Shown here: positions 50,656 through 64,000 of the stretch, in pieces
Layout of the letters: each line of letters opens with the position of its first letter
Numbering within the stretch: position 1 is the first letter of the stretch
Assembly: GCA_038087875.1 (NCBI GenBank)
Contig: CM075999.1
Location: 124,001-188,000, forward strand
Source of the DNA: Malacoraja senta
Taxonomy: Eukaryota
Reading direction: 5' to 3'
Length of the DNA stretch: 64,000 nt
Made by a program: the position numbers and the translations under genes
Notes under the pieces: model-generated
Databases searched by the model: none
What the model saw: only the letters and a program-made list of their open reading frames with translations
What the model was told of the DNA's origin: nothing

Positions 50656-53049
50656 TGTGTCTTCTCTCGCACTGTTGCGAGTCTTTGGATCTCTCGTCCT
50701 CAAAGGATGATGGAGACAGAATCTTTGAATATCCAGTGGGTGGATTTGTGGCAAACAAGAGAGTGAATGGTTAAAGGGAAGGACATAAAGTGCTGGCATA
50801 GCTCAGCCGGTCAGGCAGCATCTCTGGAGAACATGGATAGGTGGATAGTTTACAGGGGATAGGCGGAAATGCAGAGTTGAGGTTCCTGTTCAGTCAACCA
50901 TGACCTTATTAACAGAACATCTCTCTTACCTCCACCTCTACCCCCCATGTAGCATTTGTACCCTGCAACATCGAGCTGCTTGTCCTCTCCCTCCCTCCCT
51001 CAGCCACGTTTCTGTGATAGTTACTATATCCTAGTCTTATGTACCTATCCACGTCCTAACTTCATCATCTGTGTTGATGCACCGTGTTGTTCAAACCTAA
51101 TATTGTAGAATCTTGCCAAATAAACCAAATGGGGTATCGAATCTAAAATGATATATCAAAGAGCTGCAGGAGTAATGATCCATCACTGACATATCTCTTC
51201 ATTTCTTGATTAGCGATCTCAGAAGGTGCCAGATTCAACCTGCAAGATGATTTATGCATGGGTTTGACGCCAGCTGCTTAGCACAAAATATATCAGTAGA
51301 AAACTGATAGCTACATATCAATATATCAAGGACATGGCCCATCTGTATTTGTTAAATAATAAAGCAACAATTATAAACAGTTGAAGATGAGTAACCTGAA
51401 TTAGAGGAGCCTTTGTTGAAGGAAGTTCTACTTGTGTAACATCAGAATGTGGAACTACTCCATAACTATATCATCCCTGCCTAATCCTTACTCAACCATT
51501 ACTTTCAAACTAGGAGACCAAGTCTGGTTCAATCTGGAGTGCAAAAGAACTACTAACAACAGCATTATAATGTCATACAGCATGGAAACAGGCTCTTCGG
51601 CCCAACTTGACCATGCCGACCAAGATGATGCATATACACTAGTCCCACCTGTTCCGCATTTAGCCCATGTCCTACCAAACCTTTCCGATCCCTTCCAAAA
51701 AGTGTACCTCAATTTGGTGAAGCTACAAAATAAAACAGTTTGAAAATATAAACTGGATGAAAAAAATGGGAAAACATAGAAATAGTGTGAACGGGTAGTC
51801 AGCATGGACTGGATGGGCCGAAGGGTCTGTTTCCATGCTGTATCTCCATCTATAAATCCCGTAGAATAATTCTATCGGCACTCTCAGTTTATAACCTGAA
51901 TTTAAGATTTGTTTTATTTTAGTAAAATTAAGTTGAGAACAGTTGAGAGTTGAAAAGATTTATATGAAATTAAAATAATTGAAACACATTGAAACAAATA
52001 TAAATGTTTAAAATCATAAACACTGTAAATGCAGTTCTTTCCTGAAGACCAATCTATTTGGCATTTTAAGCCCCCAATGTGTTTTAATGATAATATGACT
52101 TTGCCACAAATGTTCGGGCCAACAAGTGAATGTTGAGAAAATGGAATTCTTTGTAATTTATCTATGCTAAGGCTACGGTGACATGGTTAGTGTATTGAGG
52201 TGTGATATCTGACTATTCCTGCAAACGTTCTCATCCAAGCAGACCTCTACTGTATCAGAAGATGTGGTTCCAAGCTGTCCATAAGTGAGTGCCAACCGAC
52301 ATGGTTCTGCTCCTTTGCCTTTCATATGGAAGGGTCCCCTCATAACGTCTAATAACAGCCCCTCATAACAGCTAACGCTGGGTCAAGTCTCATAGTCAGT
52401 CAACACAGAAACAGGCCCTTCAGCCCAACTCATCCATGCTGACCAAGATGCCCCATCTAAGCTAGTCCCAATTGCCTGCGCTTGCCCATATACAGTACTT
52501 CTAAACCTTTCCGATCCATGTACCTGTCCAAGTATCTTTTAAATGCTGTTAATATTCCTGCTTCAACTATACCTCCTCTGGCAGCATGTTCCATACATCC
52601 ACCACCTTATGTGTGAAAAAAGTTGCCGCTCGGATTCCTGTTACATCTTTCCTTTCTCACCTTAAACCTATGTCCTTTTGTTTATGATTTCCCCACCCTG
52701 GGTAAAAGGTTCTGTGCCTTTCTGTACCTTATCTATTCCCCTCATGATTTTATACACCTCTACAAAATCACCCAGCCCCTTGGGCTCCAAGGAATTAAGT
52801 CCAAGCCTGCCCGACTTCTCCGGGACCTTCGAGGCCTGGCAATGTCCTGGTAAATCTTCTCAGCACCCTTTGCAGCTTAGCATTCTCACTGTATACTACA
52901 GTTGGGCGCTCGAAACGGTCAAGATGCCATTGCGTATCAAAGATGCGACCAATGGTAAAAACAGAAAACAGAAGCAGACTACAGGTAAAGGTAACCCCCT
53001 GTGATGGAATGTGCTGCTTGTCCGGTCATTACTGCAGGAACAACAAAAA

Positions 53050-53155
53050 ACGCTCTAAAAAAAATCAGTAAACATGATATAAAATACGCTCTAAAAATAT
53101 CAGTAAACATGATATAAAATACGCTCTAAAAAAATCAGTAAACATGAAATAAAAT
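53050..53155. repeat. 35-36 bp tandem repeat x3
   Basis: acgctctaaaaa(a/t)atcagtaaacatgatataaaat in three copies. Confidence 0.95.
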
Positions 53156-55361
53156 ACCATGGAGCAGCTACAGACAGCTGAAAGGTTCCCACTGTGACAT
53201 GAGTAAGATACTCACTGAATAAACAACATCACTAATGATGACTGCGGGGAATTCATTGTGAGGATGGATAGGCATCTATTTGTATAATTTTGCTGGTTCG
53301 GATAATGTCAGAGCACGCAAGTAGAAAACTTAAACTTCCCTTCCTGTAAAGTCAGAGGCAGGGGGAGTGTACTGTAGATGGCTGGACTGAGTTTGAGTTT
53401 GAGTTTAGTTTATTGTCACGTGTAGTGATGTACGGTGAAAAGCTTTGTTGCGTACTAACCAGCTAGTGGAATGACAACACATGATTGCAATCTAGCCATC
53501 CCCACTGTACAAATACATGATAAAGGCATTAATGTGAATAACGTTTAGTGTAAGATAAAGTCCAGTAAAGTCTGATCAAAGATAGTCCGAGGCTGCAAGC
53601 CCTGATTACTCCAGTCGGGTCTTGGTCTTTTCAACGTTGTCTTTTAAATATGCACATGGATATGCAGGCTAGGGGAGGATATGGATCGCGTGCAGGCAGA
53701 GAAGATTTGTTTAGGCAGATATGGCAGTGGCATTTAAAATGCTTTTAGATAGGCACACGGAAGTGTAGCTAATAGAGGGATATGGACCATGTACAGGCAG
53801 ATGAGATTAGTTTAACTAGGCATCGTGTTCGGCTGAAGGGTCAGATAATCTGTGCTGTACTGTTCTGTGTTCTATGTTCACCACCTCAGCCTCCCCCGCT
53901 CCAAGGAATTAAGTCTTAGCCTGACCAACCTTTCTTTGTAGCTCGGGCCCTCGAGTCCTGGCAACATCCTTGTAAATCTCCCCTGCATTCTTTAAAGTTT
54001 AGAGACATTAAGCTGGAAAGGCAATGATGATGTTGCAGAGTTTGAAATGGTGAATCTAGGAATAGGTTGGGGTTAGCGTGGGGATTGAACAGTGCAGAGT
54101 CTAACATTATCAGGCAGGCAAATTGATGAAGCTAAATTTGGCTTGACCCAATAGGAACACGAGCTCCAAGGCATGTAAATACTGGCAGGAGATGTTATTT
54201 AAAAATATATATATATATTAAGCTGAAGGGAATATTGATTCATCTCATTTTGAATGTCAAACATTTGGAGTAAAATACTGAAGGTTAAAGCCTTCAGACC
54301 AATGGAAAAGGAATGTAGCATCAAAGGCTTGACTGACATGTGTGCTTATAGCAGATGACATGATGATTAGAGACAAAAGGAACTGCAGATGCTAGTTTAC
54401 AAAAAAAACACTATGTGCTGGAGTAACTCAGCGGGTCAAACAGCATCTCTGGAGAACATGGATGGTGATATTTCAAGTTGGGAGCCTTCTTCAGACTGAT
54501 TTTGGTGGGGGGTGGGGTGGGGGGGAAGAAAGCTGGAAGAGAGGAAGGTGGTGGGACAAAGTCTGGCAAGTGATAGGTGGATACAGGGGAGGGGGAGTTT
54601 GATACGCAGATAGTTGGACAATGGCCAGAGAGGAAAAGACAAACATTGTTAGATAAGGAGATAGAGAGAGAAGTGGTGTGAAATGTGAAGCCACTGGAAG
54701 GAATATAAATGATGATTAGCACGTAAATCCTAACTAGTATTATCCTACACACCAGGGACAATTTACACAAGCCAATTAACCTGCAATCTGTAAGTCTTTG
54801 CAGTGTTAGAGGAAACCGGAGCACCCGGAGAAAACCCATGGGGACCCGGGTCTCTGGCATTGTAAAGTGCTGTGCCATCATGCCGCCCGTATAGAACAGT
54901 CCATTCAGCCCATTGAGTCTGCACTGCCCACCAAACACCCTCTTGCAATAATCTAACATAATATAATCTAATACAATATCATTATTTTTCTCCCACATTT
55001 TCCTCCCCCTCCCCACCCGACCTCAGAATGTCATTTATATCCCCCAAACCAACTCAGAAAGACCTAGAGCCACACAAACTAATTCAGGACACTGCCTTGC
55101 TCTCCACAACATATAGGAGGAGGTAGTTGAGCCAGGTACAATAACAATATTTTAAAATCATTTGGACAGGTACATGGCTAGAGGGATTACGGTTAGAGAG
55201 ATATGGACCCAGCGTGGAAAATGGGACTAGTTTAGATGGTGTATTTTAGTGGGCATGGAGGAATTGGGCAGAAGGGCCTTTTTCTGTGCTGTGTAACTCC
55301 ATGACTCTATTGCAAGCACGATAGCCCAACAGAGGCATTACAGATAAGACAAATGGCAAAA

Positions 55362-55645
55362 TACAAAGTACTGAATGAACTCAGTGGACTAGGTAGAATC
55401 AGTGAGATGACATTATGGGCTGGGACCCTTTCTCAGGCTGATTGTCAAAGAGTAGGAGAGCAGTGAGCAGTGCTTAGGGGGAATGGTAAGAGAGAGGCTC
55501 TCAGAACTCCCCTTGGAGGAGAACCTCTTCAAAGAAGACATTCTCCGGTACAGCATCTGTCCCTCCACAGATGCTGCCTGACCCTTTGAGTTCCTTAGGG
55601 TTTTTTTTGCACAAGATTCCAGCATCTGCTGTCCCTTGTGTCTCT
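55362..55645. mobile_element. Old inverted Penelope pLTR pair
   Basis: TSD aaatggcaaaa at 55351-55361 and 55646-55656. Confidence 0.65.
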
Positions 55646-58456
55646 AAATGGCAAAAGGTTTCTCAATGAAAATGCCTTGATCTTTATGTTTGAAACATAA
55701 AAGATGCTCAACTCATGGAGTAACTCAGCGGGTCAGGCAACATCTCTGAAAAAAATGGATAAATGACGTTTCGGGTCAGGACCCTTTTTCAGACTTGCTG
55801 AGTTATGTCAGCACTATGTGTCCATCTTTGGTATAAATCAGCGTCTGAAGCTACTCCTTATTACAAGGAACCAAGCATGCTGTAAACATGGAGAATGCCA
55901 GGGATGTAGCTTTATAAATGCATTGCACCTTAGCCTGTATTTATTTTCTCGAGACTTTGAAGCAGAGCTTTGGCAGGCTTCCATTGAGCCCGAAACCGTC
56001 TCTTTGTCAACATCCCCATAAACAAAAGGATTCTTTCCTCCAGCATGCAGTTGATTTCAATGGGAAATGACAGCTGTAACCCAAGCATTCATGTGCAGTG
56101 CAGATGGACCGTTGAGGCACATACACTCAGCGTACACACACCATAAGTCAGCGTCCATCTGGGGGACTTGTCAGCAACAAAGCCGACCAAAAACTCCGAC
56201 AGTATCACCTTTCAGCTTGCCTCTGCACTTCAATGTCTTTGGATCCACAATGAATCTGTAACGGTGCCGAGAGGAAATCTAAAGCTTAATCTACCAGAGG
56301 TGAAGATGATCCTTTTCTAATTTGATCTCAATGGAGGCTTCTGGGCAAATTAACTCACAGACAATGATGGAACAGTTGCTCTGCAACCTTGCAGCAGTCA
56401 GCAATGATTAAAAATGTGAATGGGAGCTCCAGATTAAACATGTTACGAATTCAATATCAGCTAGGAGATAAAGCAGTTTAGCTTTTCTTTTGAAAACTTG
56501 GTATTATGTCGAGAAATCCATGAGGAGTAGCACAGCATATATACATTTGCAGGATGGAAAAATCAAATACTAGAGGGTGTTACTTTAAGGTGAGAGGGGC
56601 ATAGCTTAAAGGAGATGTACAGGGCAACATTTTTCTATATAGAGAATGGTGGGTGTCTGGAACACACTGTCTGGGGTGGTGGTGGAGGCAGATACAATAG
56701 TGACATTTAAGAGACTTTGCAATAGGCATGTGGGGGAATGGAGGAGTATGCATTATGTGCAGGGAGATAAGAATTGGTCCTAGCATCATGTTCGACACTG
56801 TGGGCCAAAGGGCCTGTTCTTGTGCTATACTCTTCTATATTCTATGTTCAGTCTGATTGTTTCGATAGAATGTCTCTAGAATGCATCGTTGTCATTTAAA
56901 TTTTATGGAAAGTGCTGAGATGTAACAAAAGCAGATAGTTTAGTGTCAAGAACGTTCTTGTTTTTTTTAAACACAGACAGAGACCATTCAGCCCATTGGC
57001 CCAATGCTATCTCTCAGCAGAGCTGCTCCATCCTTCCCATTCCCCTCCCCCTCCTTCCTGTCACCGATTCACTGTCACCAGTGCCCATCCGCTCTTCTTT
57101 GATTACAGTTATTGAGGTAATTTTCAGTGGTCAAATAACCTGGCTTTGGGATGTAATGTCACCCGAGGGAAAGCCAGGTGGCCACAGGGAGAATGTGCAA
57201 ACTTCGCACAAACAACGGCGGAGGTCAGGATTGAACCTGGGTCCCTGCACCGACTGCTGAGCCACCATGTTGATAATTTCCCACATGGAAGTAATCCGAG
57301 GTGTCAGGGGTTATGGGGGAAAAGGCAGGAGGATGGGGTTGAGAGGGAAAGATAGATCAGCCATGATTGAATGGCGGAGTAAACTTGATGAGCCGAATGG
57401 CCTAATTCAGCTCTCAGAACTTATGAATCAGAAGGCATTGACCCCACAGTGATGTGCCCCCAGTTTTTATACAAAGCTTTGGCTGCACAGAAACACCAAG
57501 TCATAGAGAGCTGTTCAGCACAAAAACGGGTCCCCAGTAAATCTCTGGGACATAAAAAGAGAAAATGTTCGAAACACTCGGGATCTGTGGAAAGATAAAC
57601 AGTTTGTGACTCAGATCCTGGGATGCTCGGGAAAGGACATTCGGAGAGTAGAGAAGAAGATGAAACTATGACACATCAATTCCACATACAATATTACTTG
57701 TCTTCATCAGTCTCACTAGGGAGCTGCTTACTCATCCGTGAGCTCATGCAGAGATTAATCCTTTGTAACATCACTGGAAGGGATTGTGTGGGAATGCGGT
57801 GAAATGAAGAGGATCTTCAGAACAGTACGAGTAGAACAGATTGTTGTAGCCAGCAACCAAGTCAGAGAAGCAAGTCTCGAATCCAAGCCCTAATTCCATC
57901 TTGATTTTTTGCAATGTTATTTTTGGTGTCAACTGTTGTACTGTTCCCACTGTATTTTAATCTCCTGTCAAAATCCTTTTTTTTCTAGCTCTCTTTGCCT
58001 TTCTAATTATGAACGCTCACACCTGGTCCACTGCCTTATAAACAATAGATTCCAGAGTTAGAGGAAAAATGCCTGACCTAGAAACAGACTATATTAAAAT
58101 TTGAAAGATGAAAACAGGGCTCATTCTGTTGAATTAGTTCGCTGATGTTTTGTCCAGGATGGGTGAACATAGAACAGTACAGCACAGGAACAGCCCTTAG
58201 GCCCACAATGTCAGTGCCAAACATAATGTCAAGATCAATTCTTATTTGCCTGCACGTAGTCCAGATGTCACTACTGTATCTGCCTCCAACACCATCTGCA
58301 GCAGCGTGTTCCAGGCACCTACACCCTGTGTAAAAAACTTGCCCTGCACATATCCTTTAAATTTTGCTGCATTCCCCTTAAAGCTATGCCCTCAAGTGTT
58401 AGATATTTTCATTGTGGGATAAAGATTCAAACTGTCTACCCCATATACAGATCTGA

Positions 58457-58765
58457 GGGTAGCACGGTGGTGCAGCAAGTAGAGCTGTTTTTTCATGGTG
58501 TCAGAGACCCGTTTCAATCCTCACCTCGAATGCTGTCTGTGTGGAGTTTTCACGCTCTCAAAGTGACACCTGGGGTTTTCTCCGGGTGCTCTGGCTTCTT
58601 CCCAAAGACGTGTGGGTTTTTATGTTAATTGACCTGTAAATTGCCCCTGGTTGTGTAGGAAGTGGATGAGAAAGTGGGATAACTCAGAACTAGTGTGAAA
58701 CGGCAATAGATGGTCGGTGTGGACTCGGTAGCCCGAGGGGCCTGTTTCCATGCTGTATCTTTCCA
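58457..58765 (+). mobile_element. HE1/V-SINE-type SINE
   Basis: Full-length copy; a reverse partial copy follows at ~58800-58930. Confidence 0.85.
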
Positions 58766-59819
58766 TAAATTAAAAGATTCACTAACTCTATTTCTGGTAC
58801 ATGAGAGGAAATTGAGCATCCAAAGGAAACTTATACAGGGACAGCGTGCAAACTGCACCTGAGATCAGGATCCAGCCTGAGCCTCTGACGCTGTGAGGCA
58901 GCAGTTCTACCTGCTGCACCTCAGTGCCGCCCATTATGTCGGAGCACTTTGGAGCTCTCCAGCACTTTGTGGGTGTTTTTTTGTAAACCAGCATCTGCAG
59001 TTCCTTGTGTCAACACCTCTTCAATGTAATTTGTCAATAATCTTTGTAAATGTGCACGCCAGCACGTACAAACATACACACAAACTCCCCCCAATTTTTA
59101 CAAGGTTCGTTTCCCCATTTCTTCTTAGTCCATGGTCGAGAACCACCTGGAACACAAGCCCCTCACCTCCTGCAGACGTTACACAACACATCCATGTGGA
59201 CACTAGATCCGCACGAGCAGGAGACTGACCTTCGTTGTTCAGTATTCCCCATTCACCGAGACGGAGCAACTACATTGCGTGCTGCACTGCATCTAAAAAA
59301 AGAGATTTCTCCATGATATGCAATGCCATTGGGGGCTGGTGCTATAATCTGGGATCAGTGCTTGGACTCGCTCAGTGGATTATAAGCCGAAAATTGATTT
59401 TTTTCCTCCTCCTGATAATTTTGAGAATAGTCTGTGAGTTTGCATGCATTTGGCATCACAAGCCTATTATCAGTCCTATTTTTTGCCCAAGTAGGAATGT
59501 ATCATTCTTAACGACATCACGTACATATACAGCCCTTGTCAGGCACACTGCCAGCTGTTTTGTGTGTGTAATACCACAGACATGACTCTATAGATGTGGA
59601 TAATTATCATGTGTGTTCTCTGACACCAGGAACCAAATGCAAATTTGGCAGATGCACAGTTTTATTAGAAGGCACTAGTATTGGAATTATTAATATATTG
59701 AATATTTTGTTTATTATACGTTATTTATGAATATTGTATTTACAGGCCGGCAAGTAAGAATATAATTGTTCCAAAGTCAGTACATATGACAAACATTCTT
59801 GACTGTCATGACACATGAA

Positions 59820-60225
59820 TCGCAAGGAGAGGTTGGATAAACTCAGATTGTTTTCTCTGGAGTGTCAGTGGTTGAGGAGAGACCAGATAGAAGATTATAA
59901 AAATTACGAGAGGCATAGACAGTCAGAACCTTTCTTCCCAGGGTGGAAGTATCAAAGAGTAGAAGATATAGCTGTAAGGTGAGAGAGACATAGTTTAAAA
60001 GAGACGCGCCATTTTTTTTACACAGAGAATGGTGGGTGCCTGGAACACACAGCCAGGGGTGGTGGTGGAGGCAGATACAATAGTTGTGTTTAAGGGGTTT
60101 TATATAGGCAGATGAATATGCAGGGAATGGAGGGATATGGATCAGGTGGAGGCAGAGGAGATTAGTTTATGTTCGGTATGCAGATTGTGGACTGAAAGGC
60201 CTGTTCCTGTGCTATACTGTTCTAC
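59820..60225 (+). mobile_element. Old CR1 3' fragment
   Basis: Degenerate ORF2 end and 3'UTR. Confidence 0.75.
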
Positions 60226-60565
60226 ATATGTTCTCTGAAGGGCCATGCTGTACATCTTGTCTGATTTTTCTTTCCCTTGATTTGAATGGGATGGTACATT
60301 GTGTGAGGAGCATCATAAAGCCGACCACACACCTCCTGACCCATGCATCTACCACAAGTTACCTCCATCACCGGTGGTCCTGTGGGTTTAATTTGTTCCA
60401 GCCTCCGGTCTTGGTTAACAGGCAATGACCAATGACTGCAACTTTTCAACCATCTGGTGCAGCAGGCTGAAAAATAATCAGCGTGGACAGACAGCATTTT
60501 GGTGACAACACAAACAATTTCCTCCGCAAATTGCTTTCAAATTTACTCCCGTGCGAGCGTAAATC

Positions 60566-60716
60566 ATGAACCAAATAGGCAGAAATGATGAACCAAGTGG
60601 CGAACTGATGAACCAAGCGTGCTACTCATGAGCCAACTGGCAGAATACACGAACCAAGCGTGCAGCTAATGCGCGGAACATGACAAGTCATGAACCAAGT
60701 CATGACGCAGCCAAGT
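60566..60716. repeat. Phased ATGAACCAA motif array
   Basis: Motif at 60566, 60588, 60608, 60628, 60649 and 60690 with variable spacers. Confidence 0.75.
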
Positions 60717-60929
60717 GCCAGATGTTCTGTGCACAAACTCCGTTCGGGGCAACTCCGTTGTCTCGATCGTGGCTGGACAACTCAAGAGTTGGCCCGGGTG
60801 CATTTGAAGAGAACGGTAAACTAAATGTTGCCCTTGTTTTACTAGGAGCTCAGTAGCCCTCCCAGTGAAGCAGGAACTTCATTGAAAGAAGCATTCAAAG
60901 TTCTAGCTTTGCTGATTTGTTGGTACTTA

Positions 60930-61396
60930 AAGGGCCTGTCCCACGGGCATGCGACTCCATGCGGCAAGCGCGACCTAACCGCAAGCGGGTGCCGTGCGGG
61001 GGCAGTGCGGAGGTCGCGGGGCCGGTCCCACTTCGATCGTGGGAGCCGCATGGATTTGTGCGGAGCTGGTCCCGACACCGCGCGGGGCTCCGAAATACTG
61101 ACACTGTTCAAAAATTCCGTGCGGCAACGGCCTGCCGCATCGAGGCCGTGCGCACCACCTCGACGCCGGACGCAGCCGCATCGAGGCCGTGCACACCGCC
61201 TCGCCACCGTATGCACCGTCTTGACGGCACTCGACCTCCGCGCGGCCCCCGCTTCCGATTTGGTAGCGCTTGCCGCATGCAGCCGCATGCTGTTGGGACA
61301 GGCCCTGTACGGGGATCACTCGACCTCCGCGCGGCCCCCGCTTGCGGTTAGGTCGTGCTTGCCGCATGGAGTCGCATGCCCGTGGGACAGGCCCTT
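60930..61396. mobile_element. Young GC-rich MITE flanked by TA
   Basis: 60-bp TIRs (60930-60989 and 61337-61396, 1 mismatch); TA at 60928-60929 and 61397-61398; superfamily uncertain. Confidence 0.9.
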
Positions 61397-61718
61397 TACT
61401 CTCACACATGTCTCTGGGGTTTGTCGTGCACTTGTGGTAAAACTGCTCAAGATTTACAGAGAAACATAAATCAGAATTCTTCTAAAAAATTGTTAAGTCT
61501 GTACAAATGTCACAAATAATATAAATGCATGCACTACAAACAGTGTAACATAAAATCACATGAAAGTATCAAAGATTATATAATGTAAAATATTACAAAA
61601 TACAATGCATGCATTACGATGGTCCTGCACGGCTTTAATGCCTATGTGTAACTGAGACATCTTCTCAAATGTACTTGCCGCTAGCTCTGCCTCTAAACGC
61701 AACTCACTCTGGTGCTAA

Positions 61719-61944
61719 AGAAGGAACTGCAGATGCTGGAAAATCGAAGGTACACAAAAATGCTGGAGAAACTCAGCGGGTGCAGCAGCATCTATGGAGC
61801 GAAGGAAATAGGCAACGTTTCGGGCCGAAACCCTTCTTCGGCCTTCAGACTGAAGAAGGGTTTCGGCCCGAAACGTTGCCTATTTCCTTCGCTCCATAGA
61901 TGCTGCTGCACCCGCTGAGTTTCTCCAGCATTTTTGTGTACCTT
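61719..61944. mobile_element. Young palindromic Penelope pLTR pair
   Basis: Perfect 93-bp arms at 61747-61839 and 61852-61944; TSD cactctggtgctaa at 61705-61718 and 61945-61958; hammerhead-like core at 61850-61877. Confidence 0.9.
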
Positions 61945-62398
61945 CACTCTGGTGCTAATTTGAAGGTGCCTTCTCCATCTGGAACAGAATAGTACAGCAC
62001 AGGAACAGGCCCTTCAGCCCACTACGTCCATGCCAAACACAAGCCTTGTGGGATGCCTGCACATGATCCATATCCCTCCATTCCCTGCATATCTATGTGT
62101 CTATCCAAAAGTGTCAAATACCACTATCGTATCTGCCTCAACAACCTGGCAGCACATTCCAGGCACTTACCACCCTCTGTGTAAAAGTTTTGCTCTGCAC
62201 ATCTCCTTTAAAATCCCCCACCCCCCTCAACTTAAATCTATGCTCTCTAGTCTTTAACATTTCCACCTTGGAGAAAAGATTCTGACAGCCCTATCTATGC
62301 CTCTCATAATTTTGCTTACTTCTTTCGGGTCTCCCCTCAGTCTCCGACACTCCAAACAAAATAATCCAAGTACAATCTAACCAGGCAATAATCTGTGG

Positions 62399-62532
62399 CT
62401 GGCTGTAGGAAGAAACTGCAGATGCTGGTATAAACCGAAGATAGACACAAAAAGCTGGAGTAACTGCAGGACAGGCAGCATCCCTGGAGAGAAGGAATGG
62501 GTGACGTTTCGGGTCGAGACCTTTCTTCAGAC
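62399..62532 (-). mobile_element. Solo Penelope pLTR
   Basis: Minus strand begins gtctgaagaaaggtctcgacccgaaacgtc; TSD ataatctgtgg at 62388-62398 and 62533-62543. Confidence 0.8.
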
Positions 62533-63812
62533 ATAATCTGTGGGCCCAGTTTCCTTAAAATCATGGTCCTGCAAATGTAAATATTATGCACTCTTTAATT
62601 CTGCCAGATCTTGAACATAACTCACCCTGATGACCACTTGGAGGAATCTGCTATCACGATGCACAGGGAATCAGTCTTGTTCAGCTTCCTGTCAGTTGCA
62701 AAGTTTATTTAGTGGCTTCCTTACTTTACTGCACAAAACACACACCATGACGATCAGATTGAGGCAAACTACCCCACCCTCCCGCTTTGCCTGCATTCTA
62801 TCCGCATTAGATGTTTCATCATTAGCTCAACACCAAAGCCCTGGAGAAGGAAGTGACTGCGGATGTTGGAATATTGAGCAAAACAAGCAAACTGCGGGAG
62901 GACATAGACACATGTAAGTGGAAATGCGTATAACACAAAGTGCTGGAGTAACTCAGCGGGTCAGGCAGCATCTTTGGAGCATGTGGATAGGCAATGTTTC
63001 AGTTTGGCACCCTTCTCCAGACGTTGCCTATCCATATCCTCCAGAGATGCTGCCTGACATGCTGAATTGTCCGAGTTCCCTCTGGAGAGAAATGGACAGA
63101 TTAAATTTCCAGTCGGGACCCTACTTTACACTACTTTGTATGGCCCAATCATATAATATTTTGATTGGGCAAAGTTTAGGTGAATCAGTTTTCCACCCAT
63201 GATGATTCCTATGTTTTCCATTTTCACAGGTTATTAGGAGTTTAGTAGTAGAGCCTTAAAGCATGGAAACAGGCCCTTTGGCCCACCTTGTCTATACCGA
63301 TCAAGTTAGTATAATGTACCAGTCCCATTTGCCTGTATTTGGTCCATATCCCTCTATGCATAAATCCATCCAAATTTGAAAGTCCACTTCCATAATTTCC
63401 TCTGGCAGCTCATTCCAAATACGGACTGTTCTAAAATGAGACAGTTGTCGCCGAGTTCCCTCTTAAACATCTCCCCTCTCATCTTAAGCCTGTAAATAGA
63501 GTAAAGTTCCCAAGGACCATGGTTTTTAGGTCTGTGTGGACTTGTAGATCTTATTCAAAGACACGTCACTAGGATGCAGAGAAATATAAAACTACTTCTT
63601 TTATTCCAACGGCATCTTGTTGTGTGCTTATATCAACAACAAGTTTACTGTTTCCCCACATGTTGGCTTAGAAGTTTATCACAGACTCTTTTGGCTTCTC
63701 ATAGCAGGCGGGGTTAGAGATTTTGATCAATAATTAGTCCGTGTCAGCTTACTGTGAGTTAAGGTGGACCTGCTGAGGATTGCCTGCAATAAATAAGTAA
63801 TACTTTGCCACT

Positions 63813-64000
63813 GATAATAATAATAATAATAATAGATTTTATTTTAAGGGCGCCAAATACCGAGGTCTCTAGGACACCTTACAATTTAAGAAACATATAA
63901 ACATATAATCAGAGTAAAACAAGTTATAAAGACATCACAAATACACAAATTAGAAACAGAAATTCGATCCAAAAAAAGACAACAACAAAATTCAGAAAAC
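63813..64000 (-). mobile_element. L2-type 3' end with (ATT)n tail (runs off window)
   Basis: Near-identical to 29505-29712. Confidence 0.65.

Noticed and set aside
53050..53155. Tandem repeat as a functional array
   Set aside because: Three near-identical units with no spacers; an ordinary minisatellite.
60566..60716. CRISPR-like repeat-spacer array
   Set aside because: The 9-bp repeats and 11-13 bp spacers are far too short, there are no cas genes, and the context is eukaryotic.
60842..61469. Overlapping 144-195 aa ORFs
   Set aside because: They arise from the GC-rich, palindromic MITE, which lacks stop codons.

Overview
Repeat-dense vertebrate DNA. The HE1/V-SINE, CR1 and Penelope families present point to a cartilaginous fish, probably a skate or ray (inference). 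No intact host gene is visible. There is one candidate terminal exon (2234-2305, +), a few splice-like signals and several repeat-free islands. Most of the window is nested retroelement debris: a young ~3.2 kb CR1 LINE whose ORF2 (APE+RT) has two frameshifts, many 5'-truncated CR1 copies, L1, L2 and Rex1/Babar 3' ends, tRNA-derived SINEs, and Penelope-like (GIY-YIG) remnants. Non-autonomous DNA transposons include a 3 kb composite hAT element with an 8-bp TSD and TA-flanked MITEs. The most notable structures are: hammerhead-ribozyme-like cores in the Penelope pseudo-LTRs, which recur as solo, tandem or palindromic mini-insertions with TSDs; perfect fold-back inversions; a composite hAT with two left ends and CpG-rich cargo; a MITE with a doubled right end; a ~21-bp-phased motif array; and two AG|GTAAG recursive-splice-like sites. 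A 200-N assembly gap lies at 14533-14732. Family names come from my recognition of motifs, not from a database search, and boundaries of old repeats are approximate.
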